In this document: positions 46,094-57,693 of the stretch, one piece after another | Layout of the letters: each line of letters opens with the position of its first letter | Numbering within the stretch: position 1 is the stretch's first letter | Notes under the pieces: generated by a model | Told to the model about the DNA's origin: nothing | Seen by the model: the letters and a program-made list of their open reading frames with translations, nothing else | Databases searched by the model: none | Assembly: GCA_904063045.1 (NCBI GenBank) | Contig: CAJFCJ010000006.1 | Span: 3,798,408 to 3,862,407 of the forward strand | Source: Dimorphilus gyrociliatus | Lineage: Eukaryota; Animalia; Annelida | Length of the DNA: 64,000 nucleotides | Reading direction: 5' to 3' | Translations under genes and position numbers: made by a program

Positions 46094-46808
46094 TCACTTC
46101 GCTAATGATTGGACTATGTCGAAAACTTCATCTTTTGACTTGTTTAGTAAAGTAGCGTTAGTTTCTTTTCCGTATGCTGAAAAAAAATCATTCATTATCT
46201 CTAAAGCGATGTTAACAAATTGTATTCGCATGATTTATACATTTTATTATATATACGAAGAAAGATAATTGCAAATGAATTAAAGATATTTGTAAGATAA
46301 ATGAATTGCTATTTTCTATCAATTCGTAATTATTTTTTGTTGTTAAAAATTTTTGTTAACAAAAATTACCAATCTAAATATAATAATTGACAATTTTTAC
46401 AGACGTTAAATAAACCCTTTTGTACTTTTAGCATGATTTTACAAAAGATACACGTAAACAAAAAAGCAAATAATATTAATATTTACCATATCTAGCCCAA
46501 ACGACAGGATTAACATCTCGGGATTCTCTTATTAAAATAGGGAATTGCGGATTACTTTTTTTCAATTGTACATAATGATTTTCAATAAAATCCCTGAAAA
46601 ATGTGTAATAAAGACATATTATCGCTCACAGAAAAATAAGGATTTTTATTAAAAAACTTATAAAAGCAGTTATATATATATTATTAAATATACAAAATGT
46701 TCTCTGATAAACTTACCGTACACCCTTGCTTGCTGCCGACTTTTGGCAGAGATGAATTCTTAATTCCTTTAAATTTTGTCCGAATTTATAAGCTGACCTT
46801 GCCGCCAT
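46094..46808 (-). CDS. NDUFA2: NADH:ubiquinone oxidoreductase subunit A2 (B8), 3 exons; absent from the ORF track
   Basis: [31 protein letters not shown]|[35 protein letters not shown]|[27 protein letters not shown]. Confidence 0.93.
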
Positions 46809-47017
46809 TTTTGTACCTTCCAGTAGTAAACCTAAACATTGTCGGCCTTCAGATAGAGTTTTTTTTTTAAATTTAAATATTTAATATATTTAAGTTCTAT
46901 AAAAACAAATATCATAAACAAATTCCCAGCCATTTTCAATTAAAATAGGTATTTCATAACTTAGTTTGCTTTTCAAATCACTGTATAGTTGTTTTCAACT
47001 AAAAACGAAATACTGTA

Positions 47018-48099
47018 CAGCCCCGGACAAAAATATCCATATATGGAAAAAAAGAAATTTTTTTTCAGAAACTCATTTTTCTCTAATTATGAAGAATAAA
47101 AATTTATTTTTCTTAAATAGAATTAGGTTGTTTAAAGGGTATTTTATGTAATTTAATAAAACTTTTATTTTTTTCAGCTTTTTAGAGTACCTTTTTTTTA
47201 ACTTTAGACAACAAGTATGTTTTGCAATTAAATTATATATTTTAAAAGCGGTCGTAAATATCCATACAAACATGTTTTTTGGTCAAAATTATTTTTGGAA
47301 CGTTCGAATTTAGAACAATTTTGACTTAGCAGACAATTCTTTCAACTTCTTTGTCAAAATGAAATATCAATCAAAAATGAGAGAGCTAATAAGGTTGAAA
47401 AAAACCCATATGACCTACAATGAACTTGCGGCAGAATTGAATATCCCAAGATCTTCACTCCAGTATATCTGTGAGAATAAAAGAGAAGGAAAACCTGACA
47501 GGAGGGGGAGACCACCCAAAGTGGATGACAGGATGAAGTCTCTGATCAAAAGAGAGTGCGTTAGACTACTTGAAAGAAAAGAATTGATAACTGCCAGCAA
47601 AATTAAGCATAATTTAAACCTGAAGATTTCTAAAAGAACCATCCGGAGGATCCTTAAAAAACAACAAACAGAGAATCTGTCTAATTCGAAGGTGTGCCCC
47701 CGCTCTCATCAGGAGAAAAAAGCAGACGATTAGCTATACTTGGTGGATGGGTTCAGAGTTAAATTGACTTTAACACAGTTATTATTAGCAAAGGCAATAC
47801 AATTGAGAAGTAACTCTTAAACAAGAAACATACAAACTAGTTAATTAATGTTATATGGATATTTTTGGCTACTTTTTTTCTGATTTTTTTTAATGATAAA
47901 TAAACATACAATTAAAAAACTTTTTTTTTAATATAAAAATATTTTTTTCAGCAAATCGAATCCATTTTCTGATTTATAACATATTCTTCAATGAATATTT
48001 AAAAAAAACAAACAATTTCGTTGAAGAAATCCAAAAACAAAATTATTTTATTGCAAAAATATTTTTTTTTTCATATATGGATATTTTTGTCCGGGGCCT
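47018..48099 (+). mobile_element. Internally deleted Tc1/mariner (ITm) element, 1082 bp, 28-bp TIRs, TA flanks
   Basis: Left TIR 47018-47045 CAGCCCCGGACAAAAATATCCATATATG; right TIR 48072-48099 is its reverse complement at 26/28 positions; TA at 47016-17 and 48100-01; internal HTH ORF. Confidence 0.88.
47359..47733 (+). pseudogene. Truncated Tc1-type transposase: paired HTH DNA-binding region only, no DDE/D catalytic domain
   Basis: MTYNELAAELNIPRSSLQYI (HTH1), RRGRPPKV linker, ITASKIKHNLNLKISKRTIRRILKK (HTH2); frameshifted C-terminal remnant LVDGF..TVIISKGNT at about 47740-47813. Confidence 0.8.
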
Positions 48100-48168
48100 T
48101 ATATTGACTACTTTTCAAAATCATAGTAGTAATTATTATATTTTACAGAAGAATGTTAGTTCTTTGAA

Positions 48169-48580
48169 TTAATTTATAAAAGGTTTTTTACAAGTCAATG
48201 CTCTCTTGTAAGAATCATTTCTTCTTAGTTTATTCCAACTTGAATTGACAGATAATTGAGAGAAAGTAGTCGTAGAAGTATTTGTAGATGTTCTAATTTT
48301 TGATTTTAGTGATTTTCTTTTAATTATGGATAAAATTGGCCTTTGCACTTCTATTTTCTCATTAAATGTTTTATCCGAGAGCCTCTTTGGCGTCTCACCT
48401 TCAAAGTTATATAAAGAAATATCGAAAATTAGACAGAAAAAGCAATTCATTTTTTTCACCTAATTCTTTTGTATTTCTATTGTTAATAATATCAAAATCA
48501 GGCTTAATTGGTAAGCATCTCTTGAAATCTCTTTCTTTATTTCGAACTCTTAAGGAAGGAACACAGAGACAACAGCTCAT
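48169..48580 (-). CDS. Orphan small basic protein with N-terminal Cys cluster (MSCCLC), 2 exons, ~116 aa
   Basis: Exon 48460-48580 and exon 48169-48398 join in frame over a 61-nt GT-AG intron. Confidence 0.45.
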
Positions 48581-48789
48581 TATACAGTTGAAATATTTCT
48601 TTTGATTTTTAAGCAAATATAAAAAATAAAGAATTCAAATTAATAAGTTATGTACAAGTTAATTTAAATAAAATAAGAAAAAGACAGATTTTGTTTGTTT
48701 TCATTGACAAAAAAAAATAGCATTGCTTTGGCTGTACAGGAAGTAGGCAGAAAGTAATATAAATAATATTGTAATAAAGACAACATTTT

Positions 48790-49972
48790 CTACTCGGGTG
48801 TCAGGAAGAAAGTACTTATGAACCTGGAAAAAAGACACATTATAGATAAGATTAAATATTAAATAATCATCTTACTTATTTAGATTTTTTTCTAAAAAGT
48901 TTACTGGTAATGGGGCTAAATCATCTATCCAGTGTTTAGGAAACCTATTTAAACCGTATCTACAACCAAGTAGAGCTCCGGCAACTGCTCCATTTGTGTC
49001 AGCATCACCTCCTTCCATTATTAGATCAGTTAATGCTTTCTCTGGATCGCCTTGTTTCAATGCCCAAATTCCGGATGCCATACATTTAAACGTGTAACCA
49101 ATTTTAGCCGGTTCATCCAGCTTTAATTCCTCCAAACCATCTTTCTTAATAAAAAAGTAAGTCTTGAAGTCCGCTTTGAATTGATCCAGTTTATCGCTCT
49201 TCAAGTCAGCAGTGTACTCTTCATTTTCAAATATGTATTTACAAGTAAATTCATAGGTTTCATTTAATATCTCTTCAATATCGTTATCAGAAAATTCAGT
49301 CTGGTTCTTGTTTTCAATTCTCTGAAGCATTTTAGCAATTATAATAGTAACTGCTACACATGAAGCTGAACATCTAGGATCATAATGAGTAACTCTGCAA
49401 ACTTTTACTGTGTTCTCTGCAACTTTATTTAAATCTTGAAATTCATAAATTCCGAGAATTGAAGTTCGCATCACACCGCCATTTGGTGCTGCATTTTGAT
49501 TTGAGTCAATCCAAACTCTCTTTGCGCTTTCCTCTGGTTTCGTAAGATAGTCTTTTTCTGATAAAACTAGATAAGTTGTTCTTCCCAATCCTAGACCACC
49601 TGTATCCTTTAGCTGTGGAAATCCTTCATTCGACCAGTCATAGAACGCCTCAGCAATATCGGTTACAACAAGATTTTTTTTCTGAGCCAAGGATCTCATA
49701 ATACAAATCATTTGATCAGAATCATCAGTCCAATCACCGATAACCCATCGACCCCTATGTCTATCTTTCACTTTGTGAGAGTACTTCAAACCACTTGCTC
49801 TATGCTCTCCATACACTTTCTCAATATTGGGTTTGTGCATAAATTCTGTGAGTAATCCCAAAGCATCTCCGATACAATTGCCGTAGACAATAGATCTAAT
49901 TCTCTCTTCCGTGACCTGAGATATATTATACTTTCTTGGACCGCCAGAAAAGACACCTTTTAAGCATGTCAT
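48790..49972 (-). CDS. ADP-ribosylglycohydrolase (ARH/DraG family), single domain (copy A)
   Basis: YGNCIGDALG, GDWTDDSDQM, NAAPNGGVMR, THYDPRC, EGGDADTNGAVAGALLG; ATG at 49972 (the ORF-track start is TTG); short last exon 48790-48823. Confidence 0.9.
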
Positions 49973-50459
49973 TGTGAATAATCTAACAAGAGGCTTCCTG
50001 TTTGCATGCAATTTCGTAATGGCTGCACATATTTAATGGATATCGCAAAAATAAATTAAATTCGCTAGGAAAAGAGCGGGAGATATGAAATTTTTGCATA
50101 CTAATATACAAGTTATGAGACAAAAAACTATACCCATGTATGGATCAATTTGCATATTTAAAAATATACATAGTTTCCGACACTAAATAGATATCTAGTT
50201 TATTTTAAATCGATTTCTAAAATTTTGATACAGGTTTTGATAACTTTTCAACCCTTAAACTAAAAGTTTAATCTATAAATAAGGCTTCAATAAAATTCAT
50301 CAGCAGTAATTTTAGATTAGAATTTCAACATTAAAATTAAATTGCAATTTGCAACGTTAGTTGTAGTTTGAACTAGTCCCATCAGAGGGCAGTCTCTCTT
50401 TTGGTACTAGCGTTCATTCTGCTGTACTGGTGTATTTTCTAAAGTTTATAAATTAATTG

Positions 50460-51974
50460 ATGCCAATGTATGAAGGATTCGGATACGGAGGTGAAAAAGA
50501 AGCCATCGTTCTTGATATTGGCGCTGCTTATACAAAGTTAGTATATTTTTCTTCTATTATTCTCCCATTTTCGTTCTGATCCTTTTTTCCGTAGAATTGG
50601 TTTTGCAAACGACTGCTCTCCAAGGTCGATAGTTCCAACCGAAATTTATGATAAGCAAACAAAAACTAAACTTCGAATTTTTGATATTAAAAACAATGAA
50701 ACTTTGAAAGCAAGTCTTCTTGTTTTCCTGAAAAAAATTTACTTGAGACACCTGCAAGTTAATGCTAAAGATAGAAGAGCAGTTATTGTTGAAAATATCA
50801 TCGGACCTATTGATTTTCGAAAGCTTATAGCAGATGTTCTCTTCAAACATTTTGAAGTACCAAGTTTACTTTTCGCACCAAGTCATTTAATTAGTTTGAT
50901 GCCATTAGGCATATCAACTGGGTTAGTTTTGGATTGCGGATATAAAGAAACAATAGTAATTCCGGTAAGTAAGATCCTTCCTCAAATATGTTCAATTTAT
51001 ATAGCATAGGTTTTATTTTAGGTTTGTGATAATACCCCTGTCTTAAAGGCATGGCAAGCATTACCAGTTGGAGGGAAAGCTATACACAAGTATTACTCTT
51101 TAACGACTTCTTTTAGTGTTTATTTAATAACTTTCTTCATATTTCAAAATCAAATAGCCGAATCAGAGAAATGATCAAAGAGTTTGCCATTGTACGAGAG
51201 GGAAATAATGAAATGCCTGCTTCAAATCTACCTTCTGATGTTCTAACTGAAGAAATATTAGAGGATATTAAAGGTAATTTAAAAATTGGAAGTTCTCTTA
51301 TTAATTTAATTGGAAAATAAATCTAATCCTAAAATAGTGCGATGCTGCTTTATTACACGTCTGGATAGAGTAAATGATCCTGATATTGAGCATCCCTCAG
51401 AGACTATTTATCCGTTACAAGGTTCAAGAATTTTGGTTATTCCAGGAAAGATTAGGTTAGAACATTCAAATCAATAATCTCTTATGCCAATCCGAGCAAT
51501 ATTTCTATAGAGAAATGGCCTGTGAAGTACTCTTTCAGTTGGATGGGGAGGAGAAAAATATAGCTTCCCTACTTCTTGAAGCTTTAACGCTTTCCTCAAT
51601 TGATAATCGACGCAATTTAATGGAAAATATTGTTCTGGTTGGAGGGACTTGTCAATTAACTGGATTTAGGCAAAGACTTATGGCTGAACTGAAGAATTTA
51701 GCATCAACAAATAACAAGTATACAGACTCGATTCATTTATCCTCCTTTAAGTTTCATACAGCTCCTATTTATGAAAATTGCACGGCGTGGTTGGGAGGTT
51801 TGTAATTAATACATATTAAATAGCATTTAATTCAAATTTCGTCAATTGATTTTAACTTTAGGTGCTATGTTTGCTGGCCTACAAGTTTTACCTAATCGAT
51901 CAACAGCAAGAGAAAAGTACTTAGAAAACGAAGTTTTAATGGATTGGTCCGATCCCAAGACATATGAAAATTAA
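50460..51974 (+). CDS. ACTR10: Actin-related protein 10 (dynactin Arp11), multi-exon
   Basis: [72 protein letters not shown]. Confidence 0.95.
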
Positions 51975-52214
51975 CTGCTTTTTTTAGTATATTTTTTCTT
52001 TTTGATTATTTTGCTTTTCACCTATTTATCGTTCGGGGACGAACTTTTCTTTTTTTTTTGAGGCTTTCCTCATTTGTCAAAGAGGCAAATAGATGGCTTT
52101 GTCTAGTGAATTTTTGGATAATTAGTCTTTACAATTTAAGTAACCAACTACCAATACATTGGGAATTTGAAAACTTAGTTACGTATATCTAGTCCAAAAG
52201 TAGATGAAGTTTAT

Positions 52215-52942
52215 TCAATTCAAGAATCTAATACTCATCAGGTGTTCAAAATCAAGGTGCTCAGTGATCTGTTTTCAATTTTCAAAAGTAAAATTAGAAT
52301 CTATTTATTAATAGTGAATATTACAGCACCTTCTTAAAATCCTCGTATCCTATATCACCATCTTTATCTATATCTGATGCTTCCATAGTTTTATCAACAA
52401 TATCAGCCAATCTTTTATCCGATATATTCGATCCAACCATCATTTGCAGTACGGTCATTAATTCTTCTTTATGAATTTTCTTATCGTTGTCGATATCATA
52501 TAAATTGAAAATTAATTTTAGTTTGTCTTCTCTCTTACTTGGATGTGGAAGAAAAGTTGCCAGAATTCTTGTGAACGTCTTAAAGTTGACAGCTTTCGGG
52601 TTAGCAGTAAAAAATGCCTAATTTTGTTTATTAATTTTATTAATATTTAATAATTTGCTTAAATCAGAAGGGAAATTATAATTTCGAATTTTTGATATAA
52701 AAAACAATGAAACTTTGAAAGCAGAGGAAAATTATAACCTGTGTTATCCTATCAGCTAGTGGATTAATAGCCAACTCGGGAATTGTTAAGAAATCTTCTT
52801 TATTCAAAAAACCCTTACTTCCCTTATCTAATCGAGTAAATCTACTATATAGTCTAATTATTTGATTATAACTGAATCCAGTCTCTTTCTTTATCTCCTC
52901 CAATTCGGATTCGTGCAAAAGAACTGAACAATTTGAACCCAT
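52215..52942 (-). CDS. CHP1: Calcineurin B homologous protein (EF-hand), 3 exons
   Basis: Myristoylation-type MGSNCS; ETGFSYNQIIRLYSRFTRLDK, IPELAINPLADRI, YDIDNDKKI, MMVGSNISD, DIDKDGDI; ends MSIRFLN*. Confidence 0.93.
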
Positions 52943-53410
52943 CGCTTCTTTTCAGTAAGCTTAAATTTTTCACTATGACATGATAATACAAATCTTATCA
53001 CTGATATGGAATGTATACTAATGGAAACTTCTGCTAGAAGTATAGATATCGTTCAAAAATAAGCTTAATCGTTATCTAATCATATTTAAGGAGCATAATC
53101 ACTGAGTTACTTGTTCTTCTCTTATGTTGGGCAACTAGCAAACGCTTTATAAAAGATGATGTTTCCATTTCTCTTTTAAGCTATACTTAATAAATACCAT
53201 GTAGAAAGCATTGAGCAATGTCAGTTGTAGCTTTTATAGATCAGTATCACATATCAGGCTGGTGTTTAAAAGTAATTTTACTAGGCTTAGGTAAATTTGT
53301 CCACGTTATTAGGATTTATGTTAAATATGAGATTTATTTTAAATTATTGATTATTAGACATCAAATTAAATAAAGGTAAATATTTCTAGATTTAATGATA
53401 TACTCAGAAA

Positions 53411-54514
53411 ATGGAGGATGAAATGGCAACAATTTACGGTTTAGAATATCAATGTAGATGTTTAACTCCTCAATTAGGAGAAACAGATTTGGTTAACTTT
53501 ATGGCGGGAACTCAAAATTTAAAAAGAGAAAATCAAGTGTATCTAATCAATTACGATGACATTAATAATATCTTAACAACAAAATCATATCCTCATAAAT
53601 TAGGGGAAATTTGGCATATTGCTGCGTGCAGTTGGGATAAAACTTTGTTTTCAACAGTATTTAGTAAAACTCAAAAAGGAAAGAAAAAGGTTAATGCTGT
53701 TTTATGGAAACTTCCTAACGAGGAAAGCAATCATAATTCTCTGATACAACTATCAGATTTAAATACTTCAGAATATGGAGATGCTTGTCAAGTAATGTTC
53801 AGTCCAGATTCGTATGATAACGAAGTTATTACTTTGGTGGATAGTCGGATTCTGTATTGGGATATCGGATCGGCTGAGTCGAGAATCAAGAGTAGTATAA
53901 GTATTGATCAAAAACTTCAAAAAACTATAACTAGCGGCAAGTGGTGCCCTCATCAAAATCACGCTCAGGTGTGTACTGCGTCTGAAACAAGTCTAAAAGG
54001 TTGGGACCTACGTACGAAAATGTCTTGTTTTACAATAGAAAATGCGCACGAACATCACGTAAGAGATTTGGACTATAATCCAAACAAACAGTATTATCTA
54101 GCATCATCTGGTGATGACTGTAAAGTAAAATTTTGGGATATTCGCAACACGAAGAAAGAAGTTAAAGTTCTATCGGATCATTCTCATTGGGTATGGTCTG
54201 TCAGATTTAATCATTTGCACGATCAATTTATCCTCTCAGCGTCATCTGATAGCCGTGTTATATTATCAAATACCATGTCTATATCAAGTGAAGCTTTTGG
54301 TGCTCTCATAGAAGAAAAAGAATATAATCCAACACACCACGACGGTGTCATCAAGATTTTTGATGAACACGAAGAGAGTGTTTATGCAGCCGAATGGTCA
54401 TCAGCGGTCTCGTGTATTTTTGCATCAATTAGTTATGACGGTCGGGTTGTTATCAATCGAATACCTAGATCAGAGAGATTTAAAGTCTACTTTGAAGATT
54501 TGATAGAAGATTAA
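53411..54514 (+). CDS. EIPR1: EARP/GARP-interacting WD40 protein (TSSC1), intronless
   Basis: MEDEMATIYGLEYQCRCL, WD40 repeats, HSHWVWSVRFNHLHDQFILSASSD, EHEESVYAAEWS. Confidence 0.94.
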   Translation: MEDEMATIYGLEYQCRCLTPQLGETDLVNFMAGTQNLKRENQVYLINYDDINNILTTKSYPHKLGEIWHIAACSWDKTLFSTVFSKTQKGKKKVNAVLWKLPNEESNHNSLIQLSDLNTSEYGDACQVMFSPDSYDNEVITLVDSRILYWDIGSAESRIKSSISIDQKLQKTITSGKWCPHQNHAQVCTASETSLKGWDLRTKMSCFTIENAHEHHVRDLDYNPNKQYYLASSGDDCKVKFWDIRNTKKEVKVLSDHSHWVWSVRFNHLHDQFILSASSDSRVILSNTMSISSEAFGALIEEKEYNPTHHDGVIKIFDEHEESVYAAEWSSAVSCIFASISYDGRVVINRIPRSERFKVYFEDLIED

Positions 54515-54616
54515 CTAAAACAGGCATCTTTATATATTAAATGCAATATAAAAGAATAAGCCTATAAACAAAAACAAAATTGTAATTTCGTATCAGGATT
54601 CGAAAATAAAAGCATT

Positions 54617-57356
54617 TCAATTGTCTAATTCGTTATGTAATCTTCGTAATTTTTCTTTTTTCTTTTTATTTCCATGCTTTTTCCATGGTTTATCATTAAT
54701 GCCCGAAGCCATGCTGCTATTTACGGATGATGCTCCTCTAGAATGATGTTGCGAGTAGCCATCTCTTCTAGTATAATTAATTACTCCTTTGACACCTTTA
54801 GACCCTACTCGGCTCTCCTTCTGCAAATGAACATCATAGTAAAATAATATTAATAGGTATATATATAAAATGTTGATTTAGCATGATATTTATCGTTAAA
54901 TAGAACACTGAAATATATATCATTACCTTATCGAAAAAATCAGAATCGATATTTGACGGTTTGCCTCCTAATATTTTCTATGAAAAAAACAGAACAAAAT
55001 ATTACCAAATGCATGAAAATGTTAGTTAAATAAATATTTACTTGAGTTGCGCGAACTGCTTTAATAGTTTGATCGGTTTTCTTGAAACAGGTTGAAAGAT
55101 CGTATGTATTAAAATCTGTTACTAGAATTCCTGGTGGTGGATAGCAGTGTAGTAACTTTCCCTAGAATGTTTTTCAGTTGTTCATTATCAAATATTTTGC
55201 TATTTTTTTAATATTTTTCTTACATTTACATAATCCTTTAAGATTAACCTGGATGATCTTGGCATATCTGGTATTCCTTTATGGGACATAAAACCCCTCA
55301 TATCTGTGTACAATATCTATTTTAGTAAACTAATTTTGTAACAATATAAACAAAAGAATACGTACATCCATATGCAGTAAGTAGTTCTACAGCAGTTGGC
55401 CGACGGTTTGGATCATCACCTTCACCAGGCTTTGGAAGGATAATACCGTAGGTATTTTCCAAGACTTCTCTAGGAATGTGCTGGCAAAGCTATCAACACA
55501 AAAGATATTAGACAAGTTTGTTGCTTAAAAATTTTGACTTACTAATGAAACTGGGGCTAGATAATCTCTCATTTGATCAATCGGAAGTATGCCACAAATT
55601 ACCATTTCAGCTTTAGTGCTAACAAAACTAGGTGTCACTAAACCGGGACAATCACAAAGCAGAATATCTTCCTCAAGATATAAAGTCTATAAAAGGTGGT
55701 TAAATATAACTTTTTATTAAAATATCCCGTTTTGACTAACTTGAAAATGTTTTGTTCGTCCAGGCGTAGACGATACAGGTACTTTCTTTGTTTTCATTAA
55801 GGCATTTATAGTTGAACTTTTCCCCACGTTTGGATATCCCACCTGAAATTATATAAACAATTTACAAACCTAAGAGAAGTTTTCGAGATATTCATCAACT
55901 TACCAATCCAATAGTGGTTACTCCCTCTTTTATTTTATCCCCAGAATGTATATCTCGTAATTTATCGACTAACTGATCGCCATTTAGAATATCCCAATCG
56001 TTAATTTCAACAGTGACATCATCTGCTCTATCAACAATCTTTTCTTCAATCCGTGGCGGTTCTTGAACACAATCATCCTCCTGTTTTTCTCTTACATCTG
56101 TATTGTCATCTTCCTCACTCTCTTCACTGTCGTTCTCATCATCATCATCAACCTCGTCTTCATTGTTTTCATGTTCCTCATTTTCAGAAGCGTCTTCTTT
56201 TGCCTAAAAAAATAAAGATATCGATATATCTATGTTAAAATATGTTTAATAGAAACATTATTACATTTGCTTTCAATCTCTCCTCCTCTAGACTAGCAGA
56301 CCAAAATAGTACATATTCCATTTTATCCTTCAAATATTCGACCCATTTTTTTCTATAAAGAATATTAAGAATGCAGAAATGTTAAAACAGGGAAAACAAA
56401 TGACTTAACCTACCTTTGATTCTCGTTTAATAGATCAGCTTTATTTATGAGCATAACGTTAATTTTATTCTCGGATACTTCCTTAACATATTTACTAAGA
56501 TCGTCACTCCAAAATAGCAAGGGATTTCTCGCATCAACAATTTGTACAACCACATCACTGAAATATGATTAAAAAATATTCTTTAATTGGTGAATTTAGG
56601 AAACTTTATAGCAAAAATACAACCTTCTTTCAATTACTCTCCACAATTGACGCCAAAATTCCAAATTCCTTTCAAAAGGTGTAAGAAGAACGTGCTCTTT
56701 TTCCTCAAGTCTAATATAATTAAGCTTCAATATAAAAATATAGAAGTGTTTTATATACATACTGTGCTAGTTGCTGCCTCCATTCAAGAAATGCATCTTT
56801 CTCATTTCTATCTAACTCTTCACTTGTCGTATGTTCATTCCATTTCGGTCTGAATTCAATATATATGTTAGAAACATAAGTAACTTGAGCTAAGATATAC
56901 ACCTTCTTGGAATTTTGAGAAAAGTTTTATTTTCTTTCTGAGCATCATCTACCTTTTCTTGCTCTTCTTCAGTTAATAAACCAACATTTAAGTCCGGATG
57001 AACGAATTTAATATTAAGTTTTTCTGAAAAAAAACAGAAGTTGTCTGTATTAAATAATATTATTACATAACTACGCAATACCTGCTGTAAATTCTGTGCC
57101 TGCTAGTTCGGCAGTGGCTAGAAATTCTTCTAGATTACTTTGTTCAGTAACAGACTGCAAATTTAATCTTCCCCAATCATATCCATCATTCAACTCGCTA
57201 GTGTGAAGCTTGATAGCATATATGAATTACGATTAGAAGAATTCAAACGAAAATTGGACCACTTACAAAAGATTGGTTTGACCTCTTATTTTTACTAAAT
57301 CGATCCTTAATCATAGCTTTCCCCAAACCATTTGGAGCATTCTTCTTCTTTCCCAT
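54617..57356 (-). CDS. LSG1: Large subunit GTPase 1 (circularly permuted GTPase), multi-exon
   Basis: [70 protein letters not shown]; ends [24 protein letters not shown]. Confidence 0.95.
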
Positions 57357-57693
57357 TACTCAACAAGTTTTTATTTCCTCAATTTTTTCAATTAAAAAAA
57401 AACCTCGTTTCTTACTTACAGCTAGAGGGTATAACTAACATAACGTATAAGTGATCATTATTTTAGTGATACCCTCCTTTGTTGAAAACTTTGAAAAAGA
57501 TAGAAAAAGACTTATAAAATCACTATGAATTAATTTATTTTCAAAGCATCATACTACACATTAAATAAATGAACAGTAAATCTCTCTACTACAAGATATT
57601 ATTGTAAATATAATTAAAAAATCCAAATTATTCATCATTATTCGAAGGGAAAATTCAATTTCCTGCATATAATGTATGTATAAGCTTTAATCC

